Part shown: one piece after another, positions 1 to 13,836 of the stretch
Layout: each line of letters begins with the position of its first letter
Numbering within the stretch: the first letter of the stretch is position 1
Assembly: GCF_006345805.1 (NCBI RefSeq)
Contig: NC_043015.1
Location: forward strand, 27,094,001 to 27,158,000
Direction: 5' to 3'
Source of the DNA: Octopus sinensis
Lineage: Eukaryota
DNA length: 64,000 bases
Position numbers and translations under genes: made by a program
Notes under the pieces: generated by a model
Databases searched by the model: none
What the model was told of the DNA's origin: nothing
The model's input: only the letters and a program-made list of their open reading frames with translations

Positions 1-164
1 TGGTCAGAATGATTTTTTGTATTTGTTTTTTATTTCGAAGCTCTACAAAATCATCGAAAATTTCACCTACGAACTGAGACGGGTGCAATAATGAAAATGG
101 ACCTTTGAAACCATTGTTAAGAGAAAAGTCAATGGTGGTATTGGATAGAAAATCTTGCGGAATT

Positions 165-345
165 CGTTCCGACTCACCGCACGTCGAGTTCAAATCCCGC
201 CGAGATCAAATTTACCCTGTCACTCTTTGGCGGTCGGTGACAAAAATGTAACAATCCAAGGTAGCGGTGGATTAGCAGAATTGTTAGGGTGCTTGATGGA
301 GTACTTTGCGGTATCTGATCTGATCGTATGCATTCTGAGTTCAAA
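165..345 (+). mobile_element. Degenerate tRNA-derived SINE fragments
   Basis: GAGTTCAAATCCCGCCGAGATC (B-box-like) and GTAGCGGTGGATTAGCAGAATTGTTAG resemble the intact SINE at 12588-12823. Confidence 0.45.
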
Positions 346-857
346 CTGTGTCTTGCACAAAAAAATCAAATACAGTGACATTTCTGTGAAGGAGTTACGA
401 CCAACAAAAAATTTCAGCTGTTTGACAAAAGAACCGGCTTCTCAAAATTAAGAATAAGGATCAAGGCTCTAAAAATATGTATTCAAATATTGTGGATAAA
501 TGTTGGAATATTAGTTACAGACTTCATTAGTTGGAAAATGTCTGGGTCTATTTTTACAGATCCTCAATCAACGTCTTTATAAAATTAGTGATGTATTCTT
601 CAAGTTGTGCCAGTTTAAGCATCTAACGCATTTCAATTCACTCTCACCTCATGTCTCCATAATGTTTATTATCATCTTCGCATTGCTGTGTCGACAATTA
701 GAACAGTCATTTTCGCTATCATAGAAAATTAGCCAGATTTATTATGGGTTTCCTGAGGGCAGGTCTCCATATTGAGGTTCCATACTACTTTGGTAATATC
801 ATTTACTAAGACAAGTAGAGAAGTTCATAGGAGAGGCATTCTTCTTATTCTTATTAT

Positions 858-859
858 TA

Positions 860-917
<58 letters not shown>

Positions 918-960
918 GCAGTAGTAGTAGTAGTAGCAGCAACGGCAGTAATAGCAGCTA
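858..960. repeat. (TAT)n/(TAG)n trinucleotide microsatellite
   Basis: Direct reading of the sequence. Confidence 0.9.
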
Positions 961-1440
961 TTGTAGTTGTTATTGTGGTGATGGTAACGGGGATATATTT
1001 TGAAATAGATTTTGAAAGTTACAAATAATTTCATTTTTTCCTGAAATATATGTCAAAGATTTGTGTGCGTGCCAAGGGACATGTATGTATATAAATATGC
1101 AAATATACATGCATATATATATGTATGTGTATATGTGTGTGTGTGTGTGTGTCTATGTGTGTGCGCGTGCCTGTGCGCGTGCCTGTGCGTGTGTGTGTCT
1201 ATGTGTGTGCGCGTGTGTGTGTGTACATATATATACATACATACGTATAGGCATGCGATTGCTTCCTCTAACAGCCAACATATTATGACACCCGTATGCA
1301 TCATTAATTTCCTAAGCGGGTTTCTCCTTTCCTAACTATCTTCCTTCAGCCGCATTCCTTCCAGGCTTCTATTGCACTCATTTTCTCCACCAACCACCTT
1401 TTTATCTTTCACTCTCCTCTTTTACTTTTTTTCCTATCAT

Positions 1441-1478
1441 TCTTTACTGACGAAGTACTTGTGCCTGAAGCGTCAAGA
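1441..1478 (+). ncRNA. Degenerate minimal type I hammerhead-like motif
   Basis: TCTT-ta-CTGACGA-agtacttgtgcct-GAAG-CGTC-AAGA. The core has A15.1>G and helix II is weak. Confidence 0.3.
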
Positions 1479-1947
1479 CAGTTTGCAGCTTTCAGATTTA
1501 ATCACATACATTTTCTAAAACTTATCACTCCAGTGTTGTCATTTTTTTTTTTTTGTGTTCCTTAGCATTCACTGTGTGTGTGTGCGTATTGTGTGTGTGT
1601 ACGCGCGTGCATGTTGATTCAATATATAACACTAAGCTTATTGCGTGCAGTGTTCCTCAGCTACAAAACAACTGCCCAGGTACACAACAGATCACGTAAA
1701 TTAAAACTTGCCGGCATCTTAGCTGAGAATTACAGAACTTGTATCTTGCGTAGTCCATTCCTTACAAGTATATCACTTAGTTCAATTCAAATATCTTTTC
1801 TTTCCCTCTTGCTGAAGAAGGTTTTGCCTATGTTTAATGTACAACCGGCTACTTGAAACACATACGTGTTCTGATTATTTGACATATTATTCTGTAAAAT
1901 ATTCGATTTGAGCTAATTGTAATTTAGTTAAAGGGAACATGTTATTA

Positions 1948-2230
<283 letters not shown>

Positions 2231-2322
2231 ATGTATGCATACGCACACATATATCCATGAATTTACACATTTATATATTATGTAGATGTATATTCCTATA
2301 TATACGTAAGTTTATATATATA

Positions 2323-2766
2323 CTAACAGACATACCCGGTGATGTCGGGGTTAAAGAGAATAATGAAATTTATAAACACCGTCTAGATTACGCAGGTTTC
2401 AGCTGCTAGTAGCTGATATACCAACTTTCTACATTAGTAATTCTCAAAACCCATGCCAGCATGGAACATAGACGTGAAGGGAAATGTTAAAATAAAGTTT
2501 TCAACCCATATTTGTATATAAAGTAAATACATGTAATTCAAAAGCACGTTTTGTGTAGCTTATTCCGTAACCAAAAAACAGTTACAGATTATAAACAATG
2601 GAAGGCCGATTTTGGTGATTCATTTGATTCATTTGACAAATAAGATAGATATAGGTAGATAAGATATAGACAGATAGATACAGAGAGATAGATAGATATA
2701 GAAATAGAGATGAATAGAGAAATAAGCAAAAGCGAATGCGCACACGTCTCTATTTTATATATTAGA
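2323..2766 (-). mobile_element. Non-autonomous Helitron-like element with internal GATA/GACA microsatellite
   Basis: The minus strand starts A|TCTAATATATAAAA. It ends with a CCCG..CGGG hairpin (2335-2349) followed by TTAG|T, a CTAG variant. The architecture is the same as 40005-40387. Confidence 0.6.
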
Positions 2767-3095
2767 TGAGATTGTGATAATTTTTTGACCAATGAATGTA
2801 AAGTTATTTCTGAAAGTTACTTCACAAAGAGTTACCTCCTTTCTCCACGTAACCCAAGAACGAGCATTTTCTGCCCCCAGGAGACCCGTTACTCATTATA
2901 TAAAAACTCTTAAGAGTCTGAAACCCTCTCTAAAACATAAGTATTGTATGTTCCCAGTTTGGAGAAAATCAGTTGAAAAATACGGCCTTATAATCTTTTA
3001 CACACACACACATACAGAACGGGATTTATAGATATAAATAGGTATATACATATACACGCATATATATATATATATATGTGTGTGTGCGTGTGTGT

Positions 3096-3132
<37 letters not shown>

Positions 3133-3559
3133 TGTGTGTGTATATGAGTGTGCATAAGACACAAAACAAAAGGTGTGCGATATAAAATGATTTTCTAAAA
3201 CTTAAAAACAATAAAAATTTTTAAAAAACAGGTGCATCATGAATTCTTTTCTTTGAAATTGAATTATGATATTTTTCTTCGGTAGATTTTTGTCTGTATC
3301 GGTGCTACTTAAATGTGTATCTAAATAAAGTCAGGAATTTTCAAGTTGCGATGCAAAGATAATACGTGAAAAATCTGGCGTCAGTTCCAATTATAACAGA
3401 GAATGGAAAGACTATTGAATGTGTTAAAAAATAAATAAGGTTGAACATTTTTGTTGCCGTTATTTGATAACCTATGTAAGAACACAGCGACATTAATAGT
3501 AATCACTATCATAAGTGTTGATGTTGTTGTCGTTGTTACTGCTGCTGCTGCTACTGCTG

Positions 3560-3780
3560 CTTTGTTGGTGAACTAGTACAATGGTTAATGCGTCGGATAA
3601 AAGCGTAAAGCTGCATTTCTTCCGTTTCTATGTTTGGAGTTCAAATTCCATTGAAGTCAACAATTCTTTTCGTTCTCTTTTGAGGTCAATACATTAAAGT
3701 ACCAGTGAAGTACCAAACTCTATGACATCGACTACTTCCTTCCTCGGTATATATTAGGAACAATTATTATTATTATCTCA
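3560..3780 (+). mobile_element. Degenerate tRNA-derived SINE
   Basis: GGAGTTCAAATTCC B-box, AAGTACCAGT..GACATCGACT body like 12588-12823, and a (TAT)n tail. Confidence 0.45.
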
Positions 3781-4949
3781 CGCAGTTTTCACACGCCTGT
3801 TTGTACTGCCTCAAATTTTGACCATACACGTAGCATTGCTACATGAAATGTTCTTTGCGGTCGCTACTTGTTGAGAGCCTTAACTCGATATCTAGGCGAG
3901 ACACGATAACAATATTAGGAGGTTTGTTTTGGAAACTTTTAAATGGATTTATTTGCACACACTACATGTTAACATGTGCATAATGACACATATTACATAT
4001 TTACTCATATCTCATGTTAGCCAAACATAAAATTGGCACGGCTGTCCACTGCAACAGAAAATGTAAAAACAACAACATAAAAAAAGACACTCAAACGGTC
4101 AAACGAGTTGGTTTCTCTGTAAAATTCCTATGGAAACTTATAATTTGAAAGGAGTATCTATACTTTGTTGTCTAATGTATCTGCGTTGTTTACGATGGTA
4201 GTGCATACTTCGACGAAGATTTAGTTGCTATTTCTAGCAGGTCGTGAGATCATTTTAATACTCGCCGATGATTTTCGTGTTAGGATGGCGTTGTCAGATA
4301 AGCAAAAGCTGATCATCGTTTGAGCTCACTGATGGTTGAAGGTGTTGTCACACTTTTGTTGTTGTTTAAACCCAGGTCACCTTTAATCAAAAAGACATTC
4401 GATCAAAGACATTGTCTCAGTTAAGAACGACCCTTATGTTCTCCAGCAGTTATTGTTGTTGTTCTGATTGCTGTTGTTATTGTTGTTGTTATAGTCTTTC
4501 TTAATCCCTAGATCTGTTCAGCCGATGGCGACTGGAGTTACATTTATTGAAACCGGAAGAGTGAAAGCCAAAGTTGACATTGGCGAGAGTGAAATCAAAA
4601 TGTGAGAAGCTGGAATAAATGCCCGAAGGCATATCATCCGATGTCACAAATGACTCTCCGAAATCGTCGCTTCCAACAACAGTATTCAATATGGCTCTTC
4701 TTTCTTGGCAAAAAAGGGTTTATTACTAGCGGCCAATTCGACTTCTTCGAAGAACTCAACCAACCGCGGTTGGCTTTTTTTTTTGGTTTTTTTTTGTTTG
4801 GCTTTTTTTTCTTTTTAATATTTGTGACCTTTTGCCAATGGAAAGAAGGAAATAGCATTTCTGGCCAAGAAAGTAGTTTTTTCTCTTTGTTTCTCTATCG
4901 AATAAGATCCTTTTCCAAAATTTTGTAATTGCTCTTTCTAAAGAATTTC

Positions 4950-5085
4950 TATTATATTAGTATATATATATATATATACAGAGAGAGAGAGAGAGAGAAA
5001 TAGATAGATAGATATTTGGTGGGTGGGTTATATTATTTAGTCTTTTTTATAATCTATTTTTGCTTGTTTACTTTATTTCGTGTGA

Positions 5086-5129
<44 letters not shown>

Positions 5130-5140
5130 TTACATATACC

Positions 5141-5174
<34 letters not shown>

Positions 5175-5257
5175 ACATATATATATATATATTACATATA
5201 TATAGATTTATACATACAGTATATATTACTTATATATATGTTAGATATATACATTAG

Positions 5258-5299
<42 letters not shown>

Positions 5300-5318
5300 T
5301 ATATATATATATATATAT

Positions 5319-5351
<33 letters not shown>

Positions 5352-5432
5352 TATATTATATATATATATATATATATACATACATACATACATACATACA
5401 TACATACATACATACATACATACATACATACA

Positions 5433-5478
<46 letters not shown>

Positions 5479-5583
5479 CAGAGAGAGAGAGAGAGAAATA
5501 GATAGATAGATATTTGGTGGGTGGGTTATATTATTTAGTCTTTTTTATAATCTATTTTTGCTTGTTTACTTTATTTCGTGTGA

Positions 5584-5629
<46 letters not shown>

Positions 5630-5638
5630 TTACATATA

Positions 5639-5689
<51 letters not shown>

Positions 5690-5821
5690 TACATATATAT
5701 AGATTTATACATACAGTATATATTACTTATATATATGTTAGATATATACATTAGATATATATATATATATATATATTACATATATCTTTCATATTTTATA
5801 TGTATACATATGAGTATACAT

Positions 5822-5866
<45 letters not shown>

Positions 5867-5921
5867 ATATATATACATACATACATACATACATACATAC
5901 ATACATACATACATACATACA

Positions 5922-5957
<36 letters not shown>

Positions 5958-5965
5958 TATATACA
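4950..5965. repeat. Two-copy tandem duplication (period 498 bp) of a microsatellite-laden segment
   Basis: The unique anchor TTGGTGGGTGGGTTATATTATTTAGTC occurs at 5016 and 5514, with the same order of (TA)n/(TACA)n/(GA)n blocks after each. Confidence 0.85.
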
Positions 5966-6795
5966 TATTGTGTACATACTTGATTTATTATCACGTTTTC
6001 AATTTTTGATATTTCATTTCTTTATAATCAAATCTTTTCTTCATATTTTTTAGCGACTTGCTTTTAATTCTATTTTCCATTCCGAATTGTAACAAATTTT
6101 TATCTTACTTTTTCCTTCATTTCTTATTTCTGCTCAAACAGAATACAAAATAAATTTTTAAAAAAACTGTTGACTTCAAAAATTCGTTGTAAAGCTACGA
6201 TTGCAAAATGGCGATTTAACCTTTGAAATAAGAACTCGGGAAATTTTTCTTTTTATGGAGATTGATTCAGTTCATAGTACTATTTCTATCTTTCTCCTTC
6301 CTGCTCTCTTTCTCTCTCTCTCTCTCTCTTTCTTTCTCTCTAACTCTCATCTAACTCCCATCTAACACTCCTCCCACCTAAATCTCCCTTTCTCCTATCT
6401 TACTATTTCTTTCTCTTTCTCTCTCTTATACGCACGCAAACACGCACACACACACATACACTTACACATACACACATACATGCACATACACTTTCCGCCT
6501 CCATTAGTATCTTTATCCAGAAATGGCAACTGTTGTTATTGTTACCATCATTTATTATTATTATCATCATCATCATCATCATTAGAAAGTGTAATGGGTG
6601 TCTGAATTAGTAGAGAAACCATCCAGATAGCTTGAGATATAACGGACAACTCTGATTTAATACCAGCGAAGTTAATTCTGCTTTTCATCATTACGAAATC
6701 GATAAAATAGAATAGCAATCGAATACTGGGGTTAATGTAATCAACTGCTCCCGCCTATACCGAAACTTCATGTCTTCTCCCTATAGTAGAAAGGA

Positions 6796-6797
6796 TT

Positions 6798-6847
<50 letters not shown>

Positions 6848-6933
6848 TATTACTTTCATTATTATTATTATTATTATTGTTGTTGTTGTTGTTGTTGTTG
6901 TTGCTGCTGCTGTTGTTGTTGTTGTTGTTGTTG

Positions 6934-6993
<60 letters not shown>
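6796..6993. repeat. Compound trinucleotide microsatellite (CAT)n(TAT)n(TGT)n(TGC)n(TGT)n(TAT)n
   Basis: Direct reading. The terminal (TAT)n is the (TAA)n tail/target of the adjacent RLE LINE. Confidence 0.95.
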
Positions 6994-6994
<1 letters not shown>

Positions 6995-6995
<1 letters not shown>

Positions 6996-8520
6996 AGTTT
7001 GACTTTTGGTTTGTATTTGTACAAGTTGACTCCAAATCTGCCCCAGAGATCTGAAGAGACAAGTTAGAAGTTCATGTTAGTGTTATGCCTCGGGTGTCAT
7101 TATATTTGGTTTTGCACATAGTATTTTACGTAGGATATGGGCAGTTCCCATGAGCACTCTCTTTTAAATTTCTGCCATTTTGGGAATTCCTGGTATCTGA
7201 ACTAGGTATCAGCCTCTTTGCTATCATTAATAGGGCACCTATGACATCAGGCATTGTTTTAATCTTGAGGTTTCACATTTTGCCAATTTCTATTTCAAGA
7301 TCTTTATACTTGCTCAGATTTTGGTAGGTCTTGACAGATATGTTTATATCGATTGCGACAGTCATATCAATGAGGAGGCATTATTTTCGTCTGAAGTTTT
7401 TCAATTTGATATCTGGCCTATTCGCATTTATCTTTCTTTATCTAATGTTGTTGTTGTTTTTGTTATTTAAGACGTTACACAGAGTCCAATATTGTGATGC
7501 TGTTGATTGAAGATATTATATCTACCGGGGGTTTGTATTGTCTATATATTCTTTCTTGGCCAAGACTAGACAGCCAGAGACAATATGATTTATTGTTTCT
7601 TTTCCATCTCCACATATTCTGCAGTTACTTTTATTTATTTACATTATGCCTTTTTGGTGGTTTCTAGTGGCAAGGCTTTCGTCTTGTGCTGCAATTAAAA
7701 ATCTTTCACTCTGCTTTGAGTCCTGAGCTTCTCAGCTACTGTTGGGATTTTGCTTTGTCTATTTCTTTTCTGCTTAGTTTAATCCAATATTTCCATGAAG
7801 GGGCTTTTCTTGCCATAGTTTTAGTATGATCCGTTGCTGTTCCAGTTTTAGTTTGGATTTCAGTTGTTTTACAGTTTTTGTTGTTTCTTCATTTTCTTCA
7901 TAGTTGTTAGGTATTATCACTTCTTTTTTGTATTTGTCAACTTCCTTAAAAACTGAAAGCAGTTTTTGGTTTGTTTGTGGCTTGTGGATATTTGTATTAG
8001 CTTTCTTTGCTTCTAAAGTAAGTATTTCTGTAGTCCTGTAGCGGTTATTTTGTAATAGCTTTTTACCTGTATAAGGACTCTACCAACTTCGATACGTGTT
8101 ACATATAGCCTTTCTATGTGAGATTTTAGGTAGTGCATCCTAAATCCCGTCATTATTTTTCTTGCCTTCCTATCTATTTTGATTAGTTTATTTAGAGTCC
8201 AGTTAAAGATATTGTAGCTGTAACTTATAACTGGGACGGCTAGGGTGCTGATACCTATTAACTTGTTTTTTAGCATTGGGCTCTGTTTTCAGTGTTAATC
8301 TAACTCGTCTATAGTATTCTTCCTTTATTTTCTCTTTTATTTATGCGTGTTGTATCGTATCTAGTTTATTGATTCCTAAGCATTTGTATATCTGGTTTTG
8401 GTCTAATTCCCTTATTTCATTTTCTTTATCTAATGTGATGTTGCTACTCTTAACTAGTTTTCCTCCTTTCAAAGTTGCTTTAGCACATTTTTCTCAGCCA
8501 AATTCCTATCTTAGAGGCTC
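6995..8520 (-). mobile_element. R4/Dong-like RLE non-LTR retrotransposon, decayed 3' part
   Basis: Minus-strand peptides KNKLIGISTLAVPVISYS..IDRKARKIM..HYLKSHIERLYVTR (post-RT) and the C-terminal VLMGTAHILRK, abutting (TAA)n. Confidence 0.75.
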
Positions 8521-9326
8521 GTTTTGGTTTTTCACAAAGCACTGACTTTCAATCGAAAGACGTAGCGAACCATCGTGCTAAGAACTAAACGCCGCCGTCT
8601 GTGATTCACTACAACCACCAACCAGTTCAGAAAACTTTTTTGTGGAAAACCACATACCCTTTACTTGACACCGAGATGCGATACAAGACAAATGCTAAAG
8701 AGACAAATTTCAGGCCACTCCGGACATGAATGAACAGCTGCATCGTTGACGTTTGCTAATAGAATCTTAACGGACAGGACTTGGATCATCCTGTGACCAA
8801 AAGTGGCAGATGCTCAGCTTCAAAGTGTTATAAACTCATCTTAAGTCTCCTTTAGTAATAATAACAAGAAACAAGCACACACCTTAAACACACACACACA
8901 TATGCATGCATGTGCAAGTGTGTGTGTATATATATATGTGTGTGTACATGTATGTATAAATATGTATATATGCATTAATATGTAGACATATACAAATATA
9001 TAGATATATACGAAAGTGTGTATGTATATTTATTTGTGCGTGTGTGTGTTGGGATGGATCAATAATGGACAATACCTATGTTAGATTACACACACAAACA
9101 CACACACACAAACATACATACACAAAACACACACACATACACACATAACCAAGCAAATATACATATAGTGTTTTATGTAACAACACAACTTTGAAATCAT
9201 CTTGATTAGAAAACTCGAATATGCGAATAATTTAACGAACACTGCTGACTGCGCGAGGAAAGACGCCTTCTTTATTGATTTCACACAGAGGCACACACAC
9301 ACATACTCTCTCTCTCGCCCCCTCTT

Positions 9327-9380
<54 letters not shown>

Positions 9381-12029
9381 ACATGCACATCCACTGTTAC
9401 TCCACCATTTTCTCGATGCAGTAATATTTCAATACATTCTATCGGACGACAGATAATTGCTATGTAATTGGTAGTTGGTATTAGTAGTGATTATTAGTCG
9501 TTATTAGTGGTTATCGGTGGCTACTAGTGGTTTGTGATTCGGTTTGTTTCCCTTTTTTATTATTTTTCTTTATTTTTGTTGTTATTTTGTGTTTGTGACA
9601 TTCTACAACAATTATTTCTTTTATAAATAATTCATAAAGAACAGCGAATGTATGCAATTATTGGAGAAATTTATTTTGTTCCGTCTTTAAGGATCTTATT
9701 TTGTTTTTGCTCATGTCGTTTTGCATATTCTTCTGTGTGTGTGTGTGTGTGTATAACTATTACAACTTTAAAACCCCATACGTAAAGTGTACCACAAGGT
9801 TCGTTTCTGTCACCTGTTTGATTTACGCAAAATTTTCCACTCCGTCTTGTTAGTATAAGACTAACCTGGGCAGAAAAATGGTAGATATCATTTTTATTTT
9901 AGTTAAATAAATAGAGTATAGCAAGGTTCAGTTTTTGATCCTCGCTTTTTATGCAACATATATTTTCACTTTATTGTATATAAACAAAAATATTCTTTTG
10001 TTTTGTTGTTATATTTTCAGAGATGGAAGTAGAGTTGTTTTATTTCAAGTTTTACCCATTTACTTTTTCACTATACTTTTTCAATACCCCTCCCCGCCCA
10101 TTCTGTGTGACACAAAGTTCAACCGTAATAGTTCCATGTCTGTTATGTCTTATTTTATTTCCTCTTGACTGTACGAACGTAGTGGATTTCTGGCTTTGAT
10201 TGTTTTTCATGTTTGTTTATTTGTTTAATTCGTATTTTGTGTTTATTTCCTGTATCATTTGACAGACAGGTGGGTGTAGATCATGGCGTTCATATATTCT
10301 TTATACAATGTAAAATGCCGTATGAAGAGAAGAAAACAATTTTAGCGCAGTATTTCATTGCTATTGAAAGTGTAGCAAATAACCATTTATTTTAAATTTA
10401 TTATATGGAAGAATATGCACGTTATGATAGATATTCTTTGAGTTGGTAGAAATGGTTTGGGGTGATCAATGGAACTTGTGTCTGTTATATTTTCTACAGT
10501 AATTCCCATATAATTTTGAAACTGCCAATAGGCAAGACTGAGTATTAACAAGATCACTTCACCAACAACGTGGTTTCCCGTTGGATTCCGTTTCAAGTCA
10601 CCTGGAGCAGTGATAACAGATACTTGGTAGTTGCCAGTACAGTAAAACTAATTAGTTTTATTGTGTTCTTCAGTTCATTACCAAATATATAAAGGCGTTA
10701 AAGCGTCGACCAAAATATTTTGCTGGATTTAGTTCCCCTCCTTGAGTCATGAGTTCAAATGGCTTCAAAATCAAGTTTATATTTCATCTTTACGGGCTAG
10801 ATAAATAAAGTACTATTCTCGAGGTGGCATTTCCATTATAGCATCGCATATATCCCCTACAATGCTCTGACGAAAGCGTTAGAACATCACAAGAGATGTT
10901 CTCCGGTATCTGTTCTGGTTATTTGCGTCATTCGTTTAAATTCGCAGAGACATCTATACGCGTGGTAGATTTTATGCTGGTTTAACACCACCATTGGGAC
11001 ATTGAGCGATTTTAACGGAATCCACCCGATTAAAAACATTTCGACCTGGTTTCCGGTTGATTTTACTTTCCTCACGCTTAGTGGTGGGGGTCCGAAAAGA
11101 GGGGTTGTAGGCACTAACTCTCGGCTAATTGCTTTGGATATATGCTATACTACTTATTGACTTATTGAGTATTTGAACGATTTATTAATATATATGCAAT
11201 TGATAACCCCAGTTCTCAAAGAGAAACAACTTCAGGGAAGTAAATACAGTAGCATACTTAATCTAAGTGTGGTTCCGTAGTTTATTTTCCCTTCTGTATC
11301 AGTGCCTTTCACACATTCATTCTAAATACAGGATTCACTATTATAAATTTTCTTTATTCTCCAAACAACATAAATAACATAAATTTTTGTTCTTGTTTTA
11401 ACAGTTTTAGCACCGTTACAGAGAAATGTGGATGATATTAGGTGGTCGCAACTACTGAGCTTTCTGTTTTACATAAAAAGAGACTCTACAGTATTTTGTA
11501 TAAGCAGACAGAAGGTTACTCCGAGTGTTTTTGTGCTCGGTCATATTCGTTAATATACATGATCAACCTTACAACATTCCCTGTGTGTGTATATAAAAAA
11601 AACTCCCTTTTCTGAGTTTTTTTATACAGTTACAAATTTAATATATTTTACGTTTGGCATCCACTTCCGGGAACTCCGTACATTTTTTTTTCTTACGTTT
11701 GTGCGTCTGGGTTCACTTATTTGTTTGGGTGTTGCTACTTGAAAAGTATCATATAACCATTCCATTGGTTCTTCCATTCTCTTGGGTTCGCTCTCAACGA
11801 ATTTTTTTTCTAGTTGCTTCATGTGTCTCTTTTATACCCCTTCTCTTCTGTTCACAAGTATAGCTTTTTTCCTATGCATTTGGCAACCATGCCATGTTCC
11901 CAACTTTGTTGTCCGTTCTTGTATGCCCTAACAAATACCTTTTCACCAATTTTGAAATACCTATTGCAATTTTTCTTTTCTTACCAGGTAGTAATTTGTC
12001 GAAGACTGATTCTATTTTCCTCACAAACA

Positions 12030-12431
12030 TCAGCTCCGCTGGTGACATATTTGCTGGTGTATTTGGATTTGGTATACTCTTAAGAATTGTTGTAGAGCTA
12101 CCTCATCCGTGGCATCCTTATTCGACTTACTTGGGGCTCTCTTGAACGTATCGACAAAGTGTTCTGCTTGTCCGTTAGATCTGGGATGGTATGGCACCGT
12201 ACTTACATGTTCTACAGCGGACGTTTTACAAAACTTTTTAAACGCAAGAGACACAAATTGCGTTCCATTGTCAGACACTATCACGTCTGAGACGCCAAAT
12301 TTCGCAAATAACTCATGTAGAAAGTTTGTCGCAGTTGAGGAGTTTGTCTTTGTGCACTTACAAATTTCTGGCCATTTAGAGAAACTATCAACTACCACTA
12401 AGTAACGAAACCGATGTGTAGTCTTGACCAC
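12030..12431 (-). pseudogene. Gypsy integrase core (rve) fragment
   Basis: LVVVDSFSKWPE, VSDNGTQF and YHPRSNGQAEHFV form the D,D,E triad. Confidence 0.9.
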
Positions 12432-12587
12432 GGAACATCAACTTTTGATCAACGTTCACTTTTTTATCGCCGGTAATTTTGCCACTAGAGCACATCAGCT
12501 ATAGCTTTTCTCTAAATTTTCCATTTCTCTGTCCATTTTTGGCTAGTACTCGTAGCTACGCATTAAAGCTCTCATCCTCGAAATACC

Positions 12588-12823
12588 TATTTTTTTACTA
12601 CCCACAAGGGGCTAAACACAGAGAGGACAAACAAGGACAGACAAACGGATTAAGTCGATTATATCGACCTCAGTGCGTAACTGGTACTTAATTTATCGAC
12701 CCCGAAAGGATGAAAGGCAAAGTCCACCTCGGCGGAATTTAAACTCAGAACGTAACGGCAGACGAAATACGGCTACGCATTTCGCCCGGCGTGCTAACGT
12801 TTCTGCCAGCTCGCCACCTTATT
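12588..12823 (-). mobile_element. Intact tRNA-derived SINE inserted in the gypsy integrase N-terminal domain
   Basis: The head reads GGTGGCGAGCTGGCAGAAACGTTAGC..GAGTTTAAATTCC (A/B-box-like). It is flanked by the 16-bp direct repeat TCATCCTCGAAATACC at 12572-12587 and 12824-12839. Confidence 0.9.
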
Positions 12824-13836
12824 TCATCCTCGAAATACCAAGATGTCCAACATAAAATCCCCTCAACGTTTTCGTATGGGATGTTTCGGGAATTACTACT
12901 CTCCGTGCATACAACAGCACGCCATCACAAAGTGAGTATAGGTTCACGCATGGGTTTCGATTCTCACTAATACTGTTCTTATTTACTTTTTCTGACCACA
13001 ATAGTCTTTTCATTTCTGTTATGAATTCGTCCTTTATTGCATTTCGTTTTATGTCTTCTAGGGTTACCATTAATTCGCGTGCCACATTCCACATTTCTCT
13101 TTCTGATCTTAATGATGTATTTCGGTATCAGTGTGGACAAACCATCTGCATGCTCTAGCTATTTTACGGTAAGTATTCCATTTTGTAATTATAATTCAAT
13201 AATACCCCATCGCTTTAGTCAATTCACTGTGTGTGTTGGTATTCCTTTTTCAGAACCGTATATTAACAGTAATGGGCGACGATCCGTTTGTAGACAGAAA
13301 GTCTTTCCATGAATAAATCTATGGAATTTTTTCACACCGAATATGATTGCTAACGCTTCCTTTTCTATTTGGCTATAGTTCATTTCAGCTAGTAATGACG
13401 ATTATGGCGCATGTGCAATAGCACTTTTACTTCCATCGTCATATTTGTGCAAAAGCACGGCTCCCACAGCTTAATCACTCGCTTCTGTAGCCAAAATAAT
13501 ATCCAACTTTGGATCAAAATATGCTAACGATGAGTCTGATGTTAATATGATTTTTAACTCGTCAAATGCCTTCTGGCACTTATCAGTCCAGCACCATTTT
13601 GCTTTTTACTTTAACAGATCATTGAGCGCGGCGCTTACATTATGTATATTGGGAATGTAAATATGATAGTAATTTACTATACCCCAAAATGCTTGTAGTA
13701 TAGTCACATTATTCTTCGTGGGCATATTATTTATCGCGGTTGCTCTGAATGGATCCGGTTTCCGCCCATTTTTGTCTATTATCTGACCCAAGTATTTACT
13801 TTTTACAGTGAGAACTCGCATTTTTCTTCACTTAAC

